Of a stretch of 64,000 nt of DNA, positions 48,060 to 57,391 are shown piece after piece. The stretch is from NCBI GenBank assembly GCA_965219455.1, contig OZ244744.1, positions 3,264,001 to 3,328,000 on the forward strand. Direction: 5' to 3'. This DNA comes from Candidatus Latescibacterota bacterium. Its GTDB lineage: Bacteria > Latescibacterota > UBA2968 > GCA-2709665. Position numbers and translations under genes: made by a program. Under the pieces are notes generated by a model. It saw only the letters and a program-made list of their open reading frames with translations. It made no database searches and had not been told where the DNA came from. Numbering within the stretch: position 1 is the first letter of the stretch; each line of letters begins with the position of its first letter.

Positions 48060-49082
48060 TCAAGTCCTGGGGCACACGGCCACGCCGATGTGGCGGTAGA
48101 TTCCAGCTTTATCGATGCCCAGCGTGTCCGCTCCGGTTCTATAGAGGGTACCCCAGTCCCTGGCGGAATAGTACATCAGGTAGCGGTCCCCGCCGTCGAC
48201 GACACACGGCGTGGAGGTATACCGCCCGTCGTAGTCGACGGGATTACGCGTCGCCGGCAGGGCGGGCGTGTCCTGGTGGTGGGTCCAGTTCAGGCCATCG
48301 GCGGACGTCGAACAATATATCTCGAATACGGGGCGAACCAGGGGGGTGTCGGCACCCGCGTCAATCAGCACTTCGCCTTCGGCAGGCCAGGCCCCGTACC
48401 ACATGATATATCCGTCACCGTCCCGCATAACGAAAGGATAGATTGTGCCCCTGAGCTTCTCGTTGAAGCTTACGGCGGGTTCGGGGTCCCGCGTCCACTC
48501 GATGCCGTCGGAGGACTCGAATCGATAGATGTGCCGGACCAGATCGTCGAAGCTTCCATCCGGCGTCGGCGATGAGTTCATCCACATCCGGTAGGCGCCG
48601 GGACCGTCCTTGATCACGCACGGACGTCGTCCGCTGTGATAGATCGGCTCGGGATGAACGTCCCATTTCAGCCCGTCGCGGCTGGTGGCATAACCCAGTT
48701 GCTGCTCGAAGCTCACGAGCCAGGTTGGACCGCCCCGGACAACGGTCGACATAATGAACCACATTTTGTACAGGCCCTCGTCCGCGTCGAAGATCACATG
48801 GGGCGTCTGCCAGGCGTCGCAGGCGGGCAGATCGTCGCGGGTGAGGATGGGGTTGTCCGGGTGCTCGTTCCAGTGGATTCCGTCGTCCGACTCGGCGAAG
48901 CCCACGACCGAATCGTCTGTACGGGTGGCGGTACTTTGAGCGATGTACCACATCATGTACCTGTCCGCCACGCGGACCACCGTCGGATTGTAGAGTTCAA
49001 CCCGGCACCAGTCCTGCCGGGTGGTCAGGGCAGACAGAACCGGCTCTTCCCGTCGCTGCCATTTCGCAAGATGCATGGACAT
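48060..49082 (-). CDS. Five-bladed beta-propeller protein (GH-like)
   Basis: Blade repeats MWY..GFAESDDGIHW..HPDNPIL. Paralogue of 42817..44094 and 10408..11409. Confidence 0.75.
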   Translation of the reverse strand: MSMHLAKWQRREEPVLSALTTRQDWCRVELYNPTVVRVADRYMMWYIAQSTATRTDDSVVGFAESDDGIHWNEHPDNPILTRDDLPACDAWQTPHVIFDADEGLYKMWFIMSTVVRGGPTWLVSFEQQLGYATSRDGLKWDVHPEPIYHSGRRPCVIKDGPGAYRMWMNSSPTPDGSFDDLVRHIYRFESSDGIEWTRDPEPAVSFNEKLRGTIYPFVMRDGDGYIMWYGAWPAEGEVLIDAGADTPLVRPVFEIYCSTSADGLNWTHHQDTPALPATRNPVDYDGRYTSTPCVVDGGDRYLMYYSARDWGTLYRTGADTLGIDKAGIYRHIGVAVCPRT

Positions 49083-49211
49083 GTATTCAGTCCCTTCGCC
49101 AGCGTCGAGCCGCGCCACTTCCCGGCACGACGGATTTACTGCCTTATTCGCGAATCAATCATCTCAGCTCCGCACAATGGCTTGTGGAGCCGTTGAGGAA
49201 GCGTGTGTGAA

Positions 49212-49237
49212 TGTGGGGCAGACACTTCTGTCTGCCC
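49212..49237. repeat. REP-like palindrome
   Basis: TGTG-GGGCAGACA-cttc-TGTCTGCCC. Confidence 0.55.
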
Positions 49238-49369
49238 TTCTCATTGACTTGAGTAAGGAAACTACTTTTTTTGTGAATTGTCCAGATTAAACACGTTCGC
49301 CGCCGCTCATGCCTGTCCGGTGTTCCATTCTGGCGACTCGGTCAATTGATGATGGGAAGCCCGGGCCGT

Positions 49370-50596
49370 TCACCCGGGTCCGGCAAAGCCCGCAAGGGTG
49401 CCGGACAGTTCCTCGATCGATATTGCCTGCTTCTTCAGGGGGCGCGAGGCCATGGTGCAGGCAGTCTCGCGATACCCGGAACCGCTCACGACGGCAACCA
49501 CGAGATCCCCCGGATCCACACGTCCCGAATCCAACAGCCGGGCTGTGCCGGCCAGGCAGGCACCCGTGGACGGCTCCACGAACAGCCCTTCCTGCCGCCC
49601 GCAAAATTCCTGGGCCGTCAGGGCCTCCTCGTCCGTGACGGAAATGAAATTTCCCCTCGACGCACGTAGGGTCCGGAGGGCTTCCATTCCGTCGGGGGGA
49701 TAGCTGTGGGCAAGCTTCACAAGAATTGAGGGCGGCGGGTTGTCATAGGGCAGCGCCAGTACCTCTTTCCATTGTTCCAGCCCGCGTTCGAAGGCTAACT
49801 CGAGTGCGTTGTAGTCACGAGGAACCACGCCAATCATTCTGGGAAGGGAGTCAATAAGCCCGAGCGCGTGGCAATCCCGGAACCCCCGCCAGACACCCGA
49901 AACCGTACCGCCGCCACCCACGGGAACCACCACCCAGTCCGGCGCCCTGCCAAGTTCCTCCACGATCTCGTAGGCGATGGTCTTGTTCCCTTCGGACTGG
50001 TACGGATTGGAGTTCCGGCTGGTGGTGCTCAGATAGAGTCCCTGGCTGCGGCAGACGGCAATAACCCCTTCCACGATCGGGTCGATCTGTGCACTCACCT
50101 CGAGAAGCGTTGCGCCCAGGCCGAACATCGGGTAGAGCCGTTCGGGCGGCGTTCCCTCGGTCATGACGACCACGCTGCGCATTCCGGCGCGTGCTGCGAG
50201 GGCGGCGTTGGAGATGCCGGCGCTTCCCGTTGACACAATAACGGAAACATCCGCGCCAATGGACTTTCCGTGTGTGATCGCGACCGAGAGAGAACGGTCC
50301 TTATGGGACCCGGTGGGATTGCGGGTTTCGTCCTTCAGATAGACCTGGCGTCCGTTGAAGCTTTGTGCGGGCAGAAGGGGCGTGCCGCCTTCACCCAGGG
50401 TAACGGCCCCATCGGGAGCGTCGACCGGAAGCAGGGGCCAGTAACGCCACATGGTCCCCTCGAAGCGGTCGTCCCATGTAACCTCGTCATAGCTGTATCG
50501 GAACCCCAGCGGCCCGCCGCAGAGACCACAGTTCAAGGCCGCGGCGTCCTGTTGTTGTGCATCGCACTGAAGGCAAATCTTATGAAATCGACCCAC
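49370..50596 (-). CDS. Threonine synthase-like PLP-dependent enzyme (fold II)
   Basis: N-terminal CxxC...CxxC, TLGEGGTPL, NPTGSHKDR (PLP Lys), KTIAYEI, PVGGGG, EPST. Confidence 0.85.
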   Translation of the reverse strand: MGRFHKICLQCDAQQQDAAALNCGLCGGPLGFRYSYDEVTWDDRFEGTMWRYWPLLPVDAPDGAVTLGEGGTPLLPAQSFNGRQVYLKDETRNPTGSHKDRSLSVAITHGKSIGADVSVIVSTGSAGISNAALAARAGMRSVVVMTEGTPPERLYPMFGLGATLLEVSAQIDPIVEGVIAVCRSQGLYLSTTSRNSNPYQSEGNKTIAYEIVEELGRAPDWVVVPVGGGGTVSGVWRGFRDCHALGLIDSLPRMIGVVPRDYNALELAFERGLEQWKEVLALPYDNPPPSILVKLAHSYPPDGMEALRTLRASRGNFISVTDEEALTAQEFCGRQEGLFVEPSTGACLAGTARLLDSGRVDPGDLVVAVVSGSGYRETACTMASRPLKKQAISIEELSGTLAGFAGPG

Positions 50597-50662
50597 GACA
50601 GCCCCCGATAGGCGCGTTGGTCACGAGATCCGGATAGTGGTAGAATATATGGAATCCACCAC

Positions 50663-50815
50663 CTAATGTCCTGTCCCAAAAATATCTAACCATTCTCCCG
50701 CCGATTCATCCCGTCTCGCGGCGTTGGGCCGAACTTACGCAGGTCGGTGGCGCCTTGCGAGCCGGGCGACTCGACGGCCGAATTTAGGCAACCTATTTCT
50801 GGGAAAGAACGCTAA
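50663..50815. mobile_element. Putative MITE with imperfect terminal inverted repeats
   Basis: CTAATGTCCTGTCCCAAAAATA vs reverse complement of TATTTCTGGGAAAGAACGCTAA (16/22 identical). No coding capacity. Confidence 0.45.
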
Positions 50816-50852
50816 AAAGAAATGGCAATCCCTGAGGACCGCCATTTCCTTT
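50814..50852 (-). terminator. Intrinsic terminator of the TBDR-PorV operon
   Basis: GAAATGGC...GCCATTTC stem followed by a T-run on the minus strand, about 25 nt after the porV-like stop. Confidence 0.6.
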
Positions 50853-50874
50853 AACCACGATTGTTCCGGAAAAC

Positions 50875-51828
50875 TCAGAACGCCCCGCTCAGCGTGAACC
50901 TCAATGGGGCATTCAGGTACGCGCCGAAATCGCCATAGGCGATATCCGCCTGCACCACACGGCCGTCCGCCATCGTGAATTTCAAACCGGCCCCGAGCGT
51001 CCAGGACTCTTCGTCGAAGTTGATCTTATATCCTCCACGCAGCGCGACCGAGTTCTGGATCCAGAACTCCGTGCCCACCCGGTACTGAACCTCCGCGAAA
51101 TCCGTCGCGTAGTAGTTCTCGCCCGTCAACGTCAGATACCCCGGGTCGCCTCTGGAACCGAAAATCTCCATTGCCGCCGCGGTGCTGAAGGACACCGGCA
51201 TATGCGCGACCGACTCGAGCACCTTGACGTCTCTGCCCAGGTTCTCGAACGTCATCCCCAGGCGAAGGCTCTTGAAACCGGTGTAAAACAGCGTGGAAAT
51301 CGACACGTCGAACGCAGTCAACCGGTCCGTGTCCAGCGTTTCCTGCGTCCAGCGGAACAAGGAGCCCACCGAAAGTTTGTCCGTCAGCTTTTTCGCGTAG
51401 GCCACGCCCAGGGACAGATCGCCCATATCCGGTTCCCGGCCCGTGCCCGTGGGCTGAAAAATGGTTGTCTCCTCGAACCCCTTGGGTCTGAATGTGACCA
51501 CGCTCAAACCCACAACCCCGTACCCGGTCTTGAAGGCCAGGCCGCCGTTCAGAATGTGGTCGTTCATCAGCCATCGGGTGTATCCGAGCGTGAACGCGGA
51601 CCCCTCGATATGCGTCAACCCGGCCACATTTGAAAAGATGGCATCGATATTGTCCGATACGGCCACAAACGAACCTCCCATACCGGCCATACGCGCTCCA
51701 TGATCGATCTTCAGTACGGGAAGGACCATCCGCGAGAGCCGCCTCTGATCCTGGGCATCTGCTCCCCGTGGATAGAGCAGGGCGCAGATCACCACCGCTG
51801 TCAGTCCGATCCACAACGTCCGTTTCAT
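50875..51828 (-). CDS. PorV/PorQ family outer-membrane beta-barrel (T9SS-associated)
   Basis: Signal peptide, LKIDHGARMAGMGGSFVAVSD...AIFSN.AGL PorV signature, terminal Phe. Confidence 0.88.
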   Translation of the reverse strand: MKRTLWIGLTAVVICALLYPRGADAQDQRRLSRMVLPVLKIDHGARMAGMGGSFVAVSDNIDAIFSNVAGLTHIEGSAFTLGYTRWLMNDHILNGGLAFKTGYGVVGLSVVTFRPKGFEETTIFQPTGTGREPDMGDLSLGVAYAKKLTDKLSVGSLFRWTQETLDTDRLTAFDVSISTLFYTGFKSLRLGMTFENLGRDVKVLESVAHMPVSFSTAAAMEIFGSRGDPGYLTLTGENYYATDFAEVQYRVGTEFWIQNSVALRGGYKINFDEESWTLGAGLKFTMADGRVVQADIAYGDFGAYLNAPLRFTLSGAF

Positions 51829-51887
51829 CGTGTACTCTCCTTAAGTTTCAGTATGGACCTGAGCCGTGCAGAAATAGAGATCTGCCC

Positions 51888-54170
51888 CTATTTGATGATC
51901 ATCAACGTGCCCGACTGTGTCTGGCCCTGGCTTCCCGACATCTGCGATTCCAGCACCCAGTAATAAACCCCCGCGGGCACACCCCCTCCGCGCGAGTCGG
52001 GGATCTGGTTCCAGGAGGCCTCGCCTCTGCTGGGATCGTTGTGTCTGATCACGGCGGCAAGCTCTCCGGCCACCGTATAGATCCGGATAATGCACTTTTG
52101 GGGGACGTTGGTAAACCGCATCAACCCCGCCGTGGGGTAGTTGTGAGCGCCGTCCGCCTTGTGCGGGTTGGGTACAACGATCACGTCCCGCTGCATCTGG
52201 TCCGCCGCCGCGTTGGCCGGCACAAACGGAATATTGGTCAGCACGCCGTTTGCCCACTGCTCGGGCGAGCTGTTCCCACCCTCTAAGGAGGGAATGGCCA
52301 TCCCGGTCCCGTTCCAGTCGTCGTGGCCCGAGTCATAGGCCGCAACGCGGTAGTAATATTCGAATCCCGCCACCGACTTTCTGTCCTCATATTCATAGCC
52401 GCCCCCCTTATAGTATTGGGAATCCTTCAGGGGGACTTCGGCCACGAGTTTCCAGTCGTCAACCTTGAAGTCCGACCGGTAGACCCGGTAGCCCACGATG
52501 TCCTGGGCCTCGGCGCCCGAGTAGTCCGGATCGGTCGCATCGTCGCCCGCGTCGGTCCATTTCGCCAGGTTGAACCCGTCGACCGAGGCGGTCGCCTCCA
52601 CCTTTACGTCCGGCGGAGGATCGGGCAGGTCATAGCCCCACCGGAAGGCGTCGCTGGCCGCGTTGTGGTGTTTGAGCAGGTTGTCCATCGCCTTATCCGT
52701 GTACATGTCCTCCTGTCTGCCCTGCTTGGCCCAACCCCACATGTTCTCCTCCACCGGGGCGGCCGCCACCAGGGCGTAGACGATTCTCACCTTGTCGCCG
52801 GGGGCCAGGTCGTACGGGCCATAGGCGAACGAAGCGGTGAGCCCGTCTATCGTGGTGGGATTGTCCTTTATGAATGGCGCAGGACTCGTCAGTTCGGTAT
52901 AGATCTGCTCGGAACTCCTGCTCTCCGAACCGGGTTCAGAGAAATCGGTTCGGTCCCGATAGTCCCACCACTTTACGGTGTGGGGCTGGTCCGCGACCCG
53001 TGGCGCCACGAAGCTCGCCTCGCCTCCGGTGTCGTAGGTGAAGGTTGACGGATCGTTCACCGACCCGGGCGTGTACGCGAGCGGTGCAGCGCCCACGTAC
53101 TGGTAGGACCCCATTTCCCCCTCCACCTTCGTGTGCCTGAGGCAGCAGCTGTGCCAGGACTCGTAGGCCCGGTTCGCGCTGTAGGGCTTGCCGATGTCCT
53201 CCCCGGGTAGATCCGGATTTTCCCCATCAAAGGAGTACCACATCTTCAACCCCATGGCCGCGCCCGGACCGTCGAAGTTGGCCGCCTCCGTGTACTTGTA
53301 CCAGTCGTCCAGAGCTATCGGTTCCGTGGCCCTGAAGTAGGAGTTCCCCGTATAATTTCCCTGGCCGCACCCGGAGACGTAGAAGCGGGTCGAGAAGATG
53401 AAGAACGTGTCGTTGAGCTGCAGCCCTCCACCGCCCAGATCGGCCGCACCGTCCCCATCGGAGTCACCGGTATTTTCGAACGTGTATTCCAGGATCTCAA
53501 AATCGTCGTAGTCCGGATAGCTCCACACATACGCCTTCTTGGTAACGGTAATGCCGTTCCTGGTGGTCCATTTGCTGACGATGATGCTCTCCGGGAAATG
53601 GTCCTTGTCCGCTTCCATATACTCGCCGTACCGGTAGTTGTGGATCTCCACCGGCTCGTTGGGGCCCGGAGGGGCCTGCCCCGGCCACCAGTTGGCCATG
53701 ACCGGACCCAGGGGCGATACCTTCCGGTAGCCGATATTCATCTCAGGCCCCTGGGAAGGATCGTAGCCCATTGCAACCACGTCCTCCGACTCCAGGGTCG
53801 CTTTCGACTCGGAGACGTGGAACTCGCCTCCCACCTGCGTGGCGATGAACTGGTTCCAACCCGGCATCGTGCCACACATTTCGCCGTTCCAGCGCCTCCA
53901 CTGAGATCCCGGCCCCCAATTCCGTTGACTCCAGTAGTCGATAAACTCCTTCGGGTACTGCGTCCACAGATAGCCGGGATACTGCATGCCAACGGGACGG
54001 TACCAACTCATCGGTGTGGCCGCCCGCACCCCCTGGGTGCCCACGTTCCAGTAAATATCCCACACCTTCGCGCGGGACTGGATCCGGAGCTCCTGCGCCG
54101 GGACATCGCTCCAGAGCAGCAGGCCCAGAACCAGGAACACCATCCCGCATACCATAATCTTTTTCATCAC
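51888..54170 (-). CDS. Secreted surface protein with FN3-like domain and T9SS type-A-like C-terminal domain
   Basis: Signal peptide, PDPPP...GYRVYRS...YYYRVAAYD (FN3). CTD VIVVPNP...IRIYT..GE...W......GVYYW...GTLMIIK. Confidence 0.8.
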   Translation of the reverse strand: MMKKIMVCGMVFLVLGLLLWSDVPAQELRIQSRAKVWDIYWNVGTQGVRAATPMSWYRPVGMQYPGYLWTQYPKEFIDYWSQRNWGPGSQWRRWNGEMCGTMPGWNQFIATQVGGEFHVSESKATLESEDVVAMGYDPSQGPEMNIGYRKVSPLGPVMANWWPGQAPPGPNEPVEIHNYRYGEYMEADKDHFPESIIVSKWTTRNGITVTKKAYVWSYPDYDDFEILEYTFENTGDSDGDGAADLGGGGLQLNDTFFIFSTRFYVSGCGQGNYTGNSYFRATEPIALDDWYKYTEAANFDGPGAAMGLKMWYSFDGENPDLPGEDIGKPYSANRAYESWHSCCLRHTKVEGEMGSYQYVGAAPLAYTPGSVNDPSTFTYDTGGEASFVAPRVADQPHTVKWWDYRDRTDFSEPGSESRSSEQIYTELTSPAPFIKDNPTTIDGLTASFAYGPYDLAPGDKVRIVYALVAAAPVEENMWGWAKQGRQEDMYTDKAMDNLLKHHNAASDAFRWGYDLPDPPPDVKVEATASVDGFNLAKWTDAGDDATDPDYSGAEAQDIVGYRVYRSDFKVDDWKLVAEVPLKDSQYYKGGGYEYEDRKSVAGFEYYYRVAAYDSGHDDWNGTGMAIPSLEGGNSSPEQWANGVLTNIPFVPANAAADQMQRDVIVVPNPHKADGAHNYPTAGLMRFTNVPQKCIIRIYTVAGELAAVIRHNDPSRGEASWNQIPDSRGGGVPAGVYYWVLESQMSGSQGQTQSGTLMIIK

Positions 54171-54197
54171 CTAGACCTCCTCAAAGATGTCCAACAG

Positions 54198-54230
54198 GGT
54201 TGGGCCCTCCGTTACCGGAGGGGTTCAACC
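54198..54230. other. Intercistronic stem-loop between TBDR and CTD-protein genes
   Basis: GGTTGGGCCCTCCG-ttac-CGGAGGGGTTCAACC, no U-tract. Confidence 0.5.
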
Positions 54231-54233
54231 GCG

Positions 54234-57200
54234 TCAGAAATTCAACCTGATCCCCACGTGGGTAATCCGGGGATTGCCGATGTAGCGCGAGCGGTCAGAT
54301 AAGTCCCCGTAATTCAGGTAGTTCGCATCGTCGGGCCTGGGCTGCTGCAGGCCCCACCACATGTAGTCCGTCCGGGTGACGCTACCCGCGTCCCTCTGGT
54401 TGAACACGTTGAACATTTCCACAAATACGTCGGTATTCACGCCCCCCAGGCGGAAATGCTTCTGCACGTTCAAATCGGCTTCCGTGTGCAGGGGCCCCCT
54501 CGCCGGTGTGTTCTTCCCTTCCAGGTTGAGGTAATTGAACTTGCCGCCCGTGTAGATCCGGTAGATCAGGTTGATGTTGATGCCGCCCAGGAGCGTGGCT
54601 CCGCCCATTTTTCTACCCGGCCCGAAGTCCAGCGGGGAGGAGAAGAACATCTGCAGGCTGCCCTGGCTCCGGCGCCCCCGCGTGAAGATGTTTCCACCAC
54701 TGAACCAGAACTTCTGATACCAGATGCCCTGCAGGTAATCCTTCGCCTCGTCCGGCACCCCCGAAGCTTCCCACGCTGGCAGAATGTCGGGCACGGCACC
54801 CCTATTATTGAAGGCAAGCCGGTCGTTCCTGACCTTTCTCAGGTTCTCGTTGGCCTTATGGCCAAGCTCCCGGATCTCATCGGTCGTGAGCGGCACCGGC
54901 TCCCTCCGGCTGCCTGATACCCGCCATTCCTTATGGTACTTCCCGCTGGCGATGAAGCTGGAATCGGGATAGACCAGGATGCTCGCGACGGATTCGGGAG
55001 AGCCCAGCCAGTGGATGGCCTCCAGCCACTCCAGGTTCAATGCGGCCCGGAACGAGAAAAGGTTGCTGAATCCCTTCCTCATGCTGAACTCGAAGCCCTT
55101 GACGTCCTCCGTGCGCTCGGAGCCATACGTGCCGCCTATGGCGCCTGTCCTGCCGGTCACCGGGTCGACGGCGTCGTGCCAAATCCCCGTGCTCTGGGAC
55201 TGGCCACTCTTGTAAAAGGCGGCCAGCGAGAGCACGTAGTCGCTCACGAAGTTCCAGTCGGTGCCCACCTCAAAGCTGTTGGTCGGATGCCCCCGGTCCC
55301 AGACCGGGCTGACAGCGTTCGCGCCGTAGCTTTCGTCCTTGGCATTGAACTGACTGTATGGTACACCCGGAATCCCCACGGGACCCGAGGCCGTCTCCCA
55401 GTGGCTGCCGAACTGGTGCCGGAAGGAGGGGAGCATCATATACCGGCCGTAGAAGAAGTGCATACTGGACCTGGCCGTGATGGGGTGCGAGATTCCCAGC
55501 CTGGGGCTCCATCCGGATATGGGCCGCATGGGACCCGTGGGCGCCTGGATGAAGGTATCCAACGCGTTGTACCATCCCGACGTGAACGTCGGCAGCAACT
55601 GAACGTCCTGACCCCACATGCGGTCGTAGCGCAGTCCGACGTTGACGATCAACCCCTCAAACTCCATCTTGTCCTGGACGTAGACACTGAACTGCCTGGG
55701 CGTCACGGCCTCGCCGGGTTCGGGCTGTCCGATGTAACGGATATCCCGCTTCGCATCGCCGGGCGTCATGCCGGTCCACGTCCACCAGTTCTCGAACGTC
55801 ATGAACTCAAAGCCGGTCTTGGCAAAGTGTCCGCGAGTCGCCTGGCTGGACAGATCGGCCTTCACGCTGTATCGGTTCTGTTCACCGACCTTGAAGGCCC
55901 AAACGTCGTCTCGGCCGATGTAGAAAAACCCGTCGCTGTCCGTCCTGACGGCCGTAGTTGCATTCCCCACGCCGCTCGTGTCGGTCCTGCTGCGGTAGCG
56001 CGACACACTCACCTCGTAGAACGTCCTGGGGTTGACGGTATGGGTGAGAACGCCGTAGACCATGTTGTCCAACTGGGATTCCGTCCCGGCGACCGACCCC
56101 TCGGGAATGAAGAGATCCCGCCCGGTTCCTCGGAGGATGTTCGGGAAGCTGTACCTGGACAGCCGTCCGTTGTTGATTCCCTCCGACCAGTCGTACATCC
56201 ATCCGATCCGCAGTTTCATGTTCAGCCCGGCGGGGACCGTCAGCTTCGCCGTGGTCCGGATGTTCGGCGGGCGGGTGCGCCACGGACCGGGGAGAACGGC
56301 GGCGTCGCGAAGGTGACGGGCGCTGGCGAAGAACGAAGCCTGCCCGAATAGCGGGCCGCTCAGAAACCCGTCGAGGTAGTGGCCTCTCCAGTCTGTATAA
56401 TTGGTTCGCTGGTGCACCAGATTTCCGGTCTCGGGGTCCACCTCGGAAGTCCAAGCTGGATCGTTCCACTTCGCGTTCCCCCGCAACTCCGGCGCCTCGT
56501 AGACGTCCGCCCCCCAGTGCTTCTTGCCGCCAGGAGTGAGACGGTACTCCCCCTCGCCGTGGTAGTCGGCGCCGCCGTCGCGCGTTACAATCTGGATGAC
56601 GCCCGCCTGCGCGTTGCCGTACTCGGCGTTCATTCCGCCGGTGATGACCGAGACCTCCTGCACCGCCTTGAGGTTGACGCCGTACCATTGCCTTTCGCCG
56701 CCGTCGCCCCATCCACCGCCGATGCCGCGTCCGTCTCTACCGGATACGGGGACGCCGTCGACGTAGACCACGTTGTGGCTGGCAACCCAACCCCGGATGG
56801 CGCCGCTGCCGTCAACGGCATAACCCGGCTCCAATTCCAGAACCTCGGTGACGTTCCTTAGAATGGGCGTTCGCTGGATCTCCTCGGCGGTTACGACGTA
56901 ACGGCTGTCCGTCTTGTCGGGGTCGACCGCCGGCCTTTCCGCCACGACCACCATCTCCTCGAGTTCCAGTTCGGATTCACGAAGCTGGAAGTCTACGGTC
57001 GTGGTGAAGTCCACCCGGATAGCCACCTTTTCTTTGACCACGGAGTGATACCCCACCATTGAAGCCGTCAATTTGTACTGCCCCGGCGTTACGGAAACGA
57101 TGACGTAGAATCCATCCACGTCGGTCGTTCCCCCCAGCCGGGTCTCTTCGATCGCCACGCTGGCCCCCGGCAGGGGCTCTCCTTGCTCGTCGGTCACCCG

Positions 57201-57302
57201 GCCCACAATTTTACCGGTTGTCGCGGCCGTTACCACGCTGGCGACAAAAAACACGGACCACAACACGGCCACAGCGCCCGTCATAAACCTTTGCCTTCTC
57301 AT
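54234..57302 (-). CDS. TonB-dependent receptor with N-terminal carboxypeptidase-regulatory-like domain
   Basis: TTGKIVGRVTD..GEPLPGASV, EMVVVAE TonB box, TGGMNAEYGNAQAGVI.IVT plug, Y.QDKMEF, SPRLGISHPIT, NPR...G..LNF end. Confidence 0.92.
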   Translation of the reverse strand: MRRQRFMTGAVAVLWSVFFVASVVTAATTGKIVGRVTDEQGEPLPGASVAIEETRLGGTTDVDGFYVIVSVTPGQYKLTASMVGYHSVVKEKVAIRVDFTTTVDFQLRESELELEEMVVVAERPAVDPDKTDSRYVVTAEEIQRTPILRNVTEVLELEPGYAVDGSGAIRGWVASHNVVYVDGVPVSGRDGRGIGGGWGDGGERQWYGVNLKAVQEVSVITGGMNAEYGNAQAGVIQIVTRDGGADYHGEGEYRLTPGGKKHWGADVYEAPELRGNAKWNDPAWTSEVDPETGNLVHQRTNYTDWRGHYLDGFLSGPLFGQASFFASARHLRDAAVLPGPWRTRPPNIRTTAKLTVPAGLNMKLRIGWMYDWSEGINNGRLSRYSFPNILRGTGRDLFIPEGSVAGTESQLDNMVYGVLTHTVNPRTFYEVSVSRYRSRTDTSGVGNATTAVRTDSDGFFYIGRDDVWAFKVGEQNRYSVKADLSSQATRGHFAKTGFEFMTFENWWTWTGMTPGDAKRDIRYIGQPEPGEAVTPRQFSVYVQDKMEFEGLIVNVGLRYDRMWGQDVQLLPTFTSGWYNALDTFIQAPTGPMRPISGWSPRLGISHPITARSSMHFFYGRYMMLPSFRHQFGSHWETASGPVGIPGVPYSQFNAKDESYGANAVSPVWDRGHPTNSFEVGTDWNFVSDYVLSLAAFYKSGQSQSTGIWHDAVDPVTGRTGAIGGTYGSERTEDVKGFEFSMRKGFSNLFSFRAALNLEWLEAIHWLGSPESVASILVYPDSSFIASGKYHKEWRVSGSRREPVPLTTDEIRELGHKANENLRKVRNDRLAFNNRGAVPDILPAWEASGVPDEAKDYLQGIWYQKFWFSGGNIFTRGRRSQGSLQMFFSSPLDFGPGRKMGGATLLGGININLIYRIYTGGKFNYLNLEGKNTPARGPLHTEADLNVQKHFRLGGVNTDVFVEMFNVFNQRDAGSVTRTDYMWWGLQQPRPDDANYLNYGDLSDRSRYIGNPRITHVGIRLNF

Positions 57303-57391
57303 GGTTCCTCCTTTACACAGCACTCATTTCGCTTGCGAGATTCTCCAACTGAGATCCAACGGCCTGCCAATTACCGGTTACGCCTGCATTG

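Noticed and set aside
4759-49082. Integron/superintegron cassette array (co-oriented genes plus TA modules)
   Set aside because: No integrase and no recurring attC-like RYYYAAC...GTTRRRY sites seen. Genes form overlapping operons.
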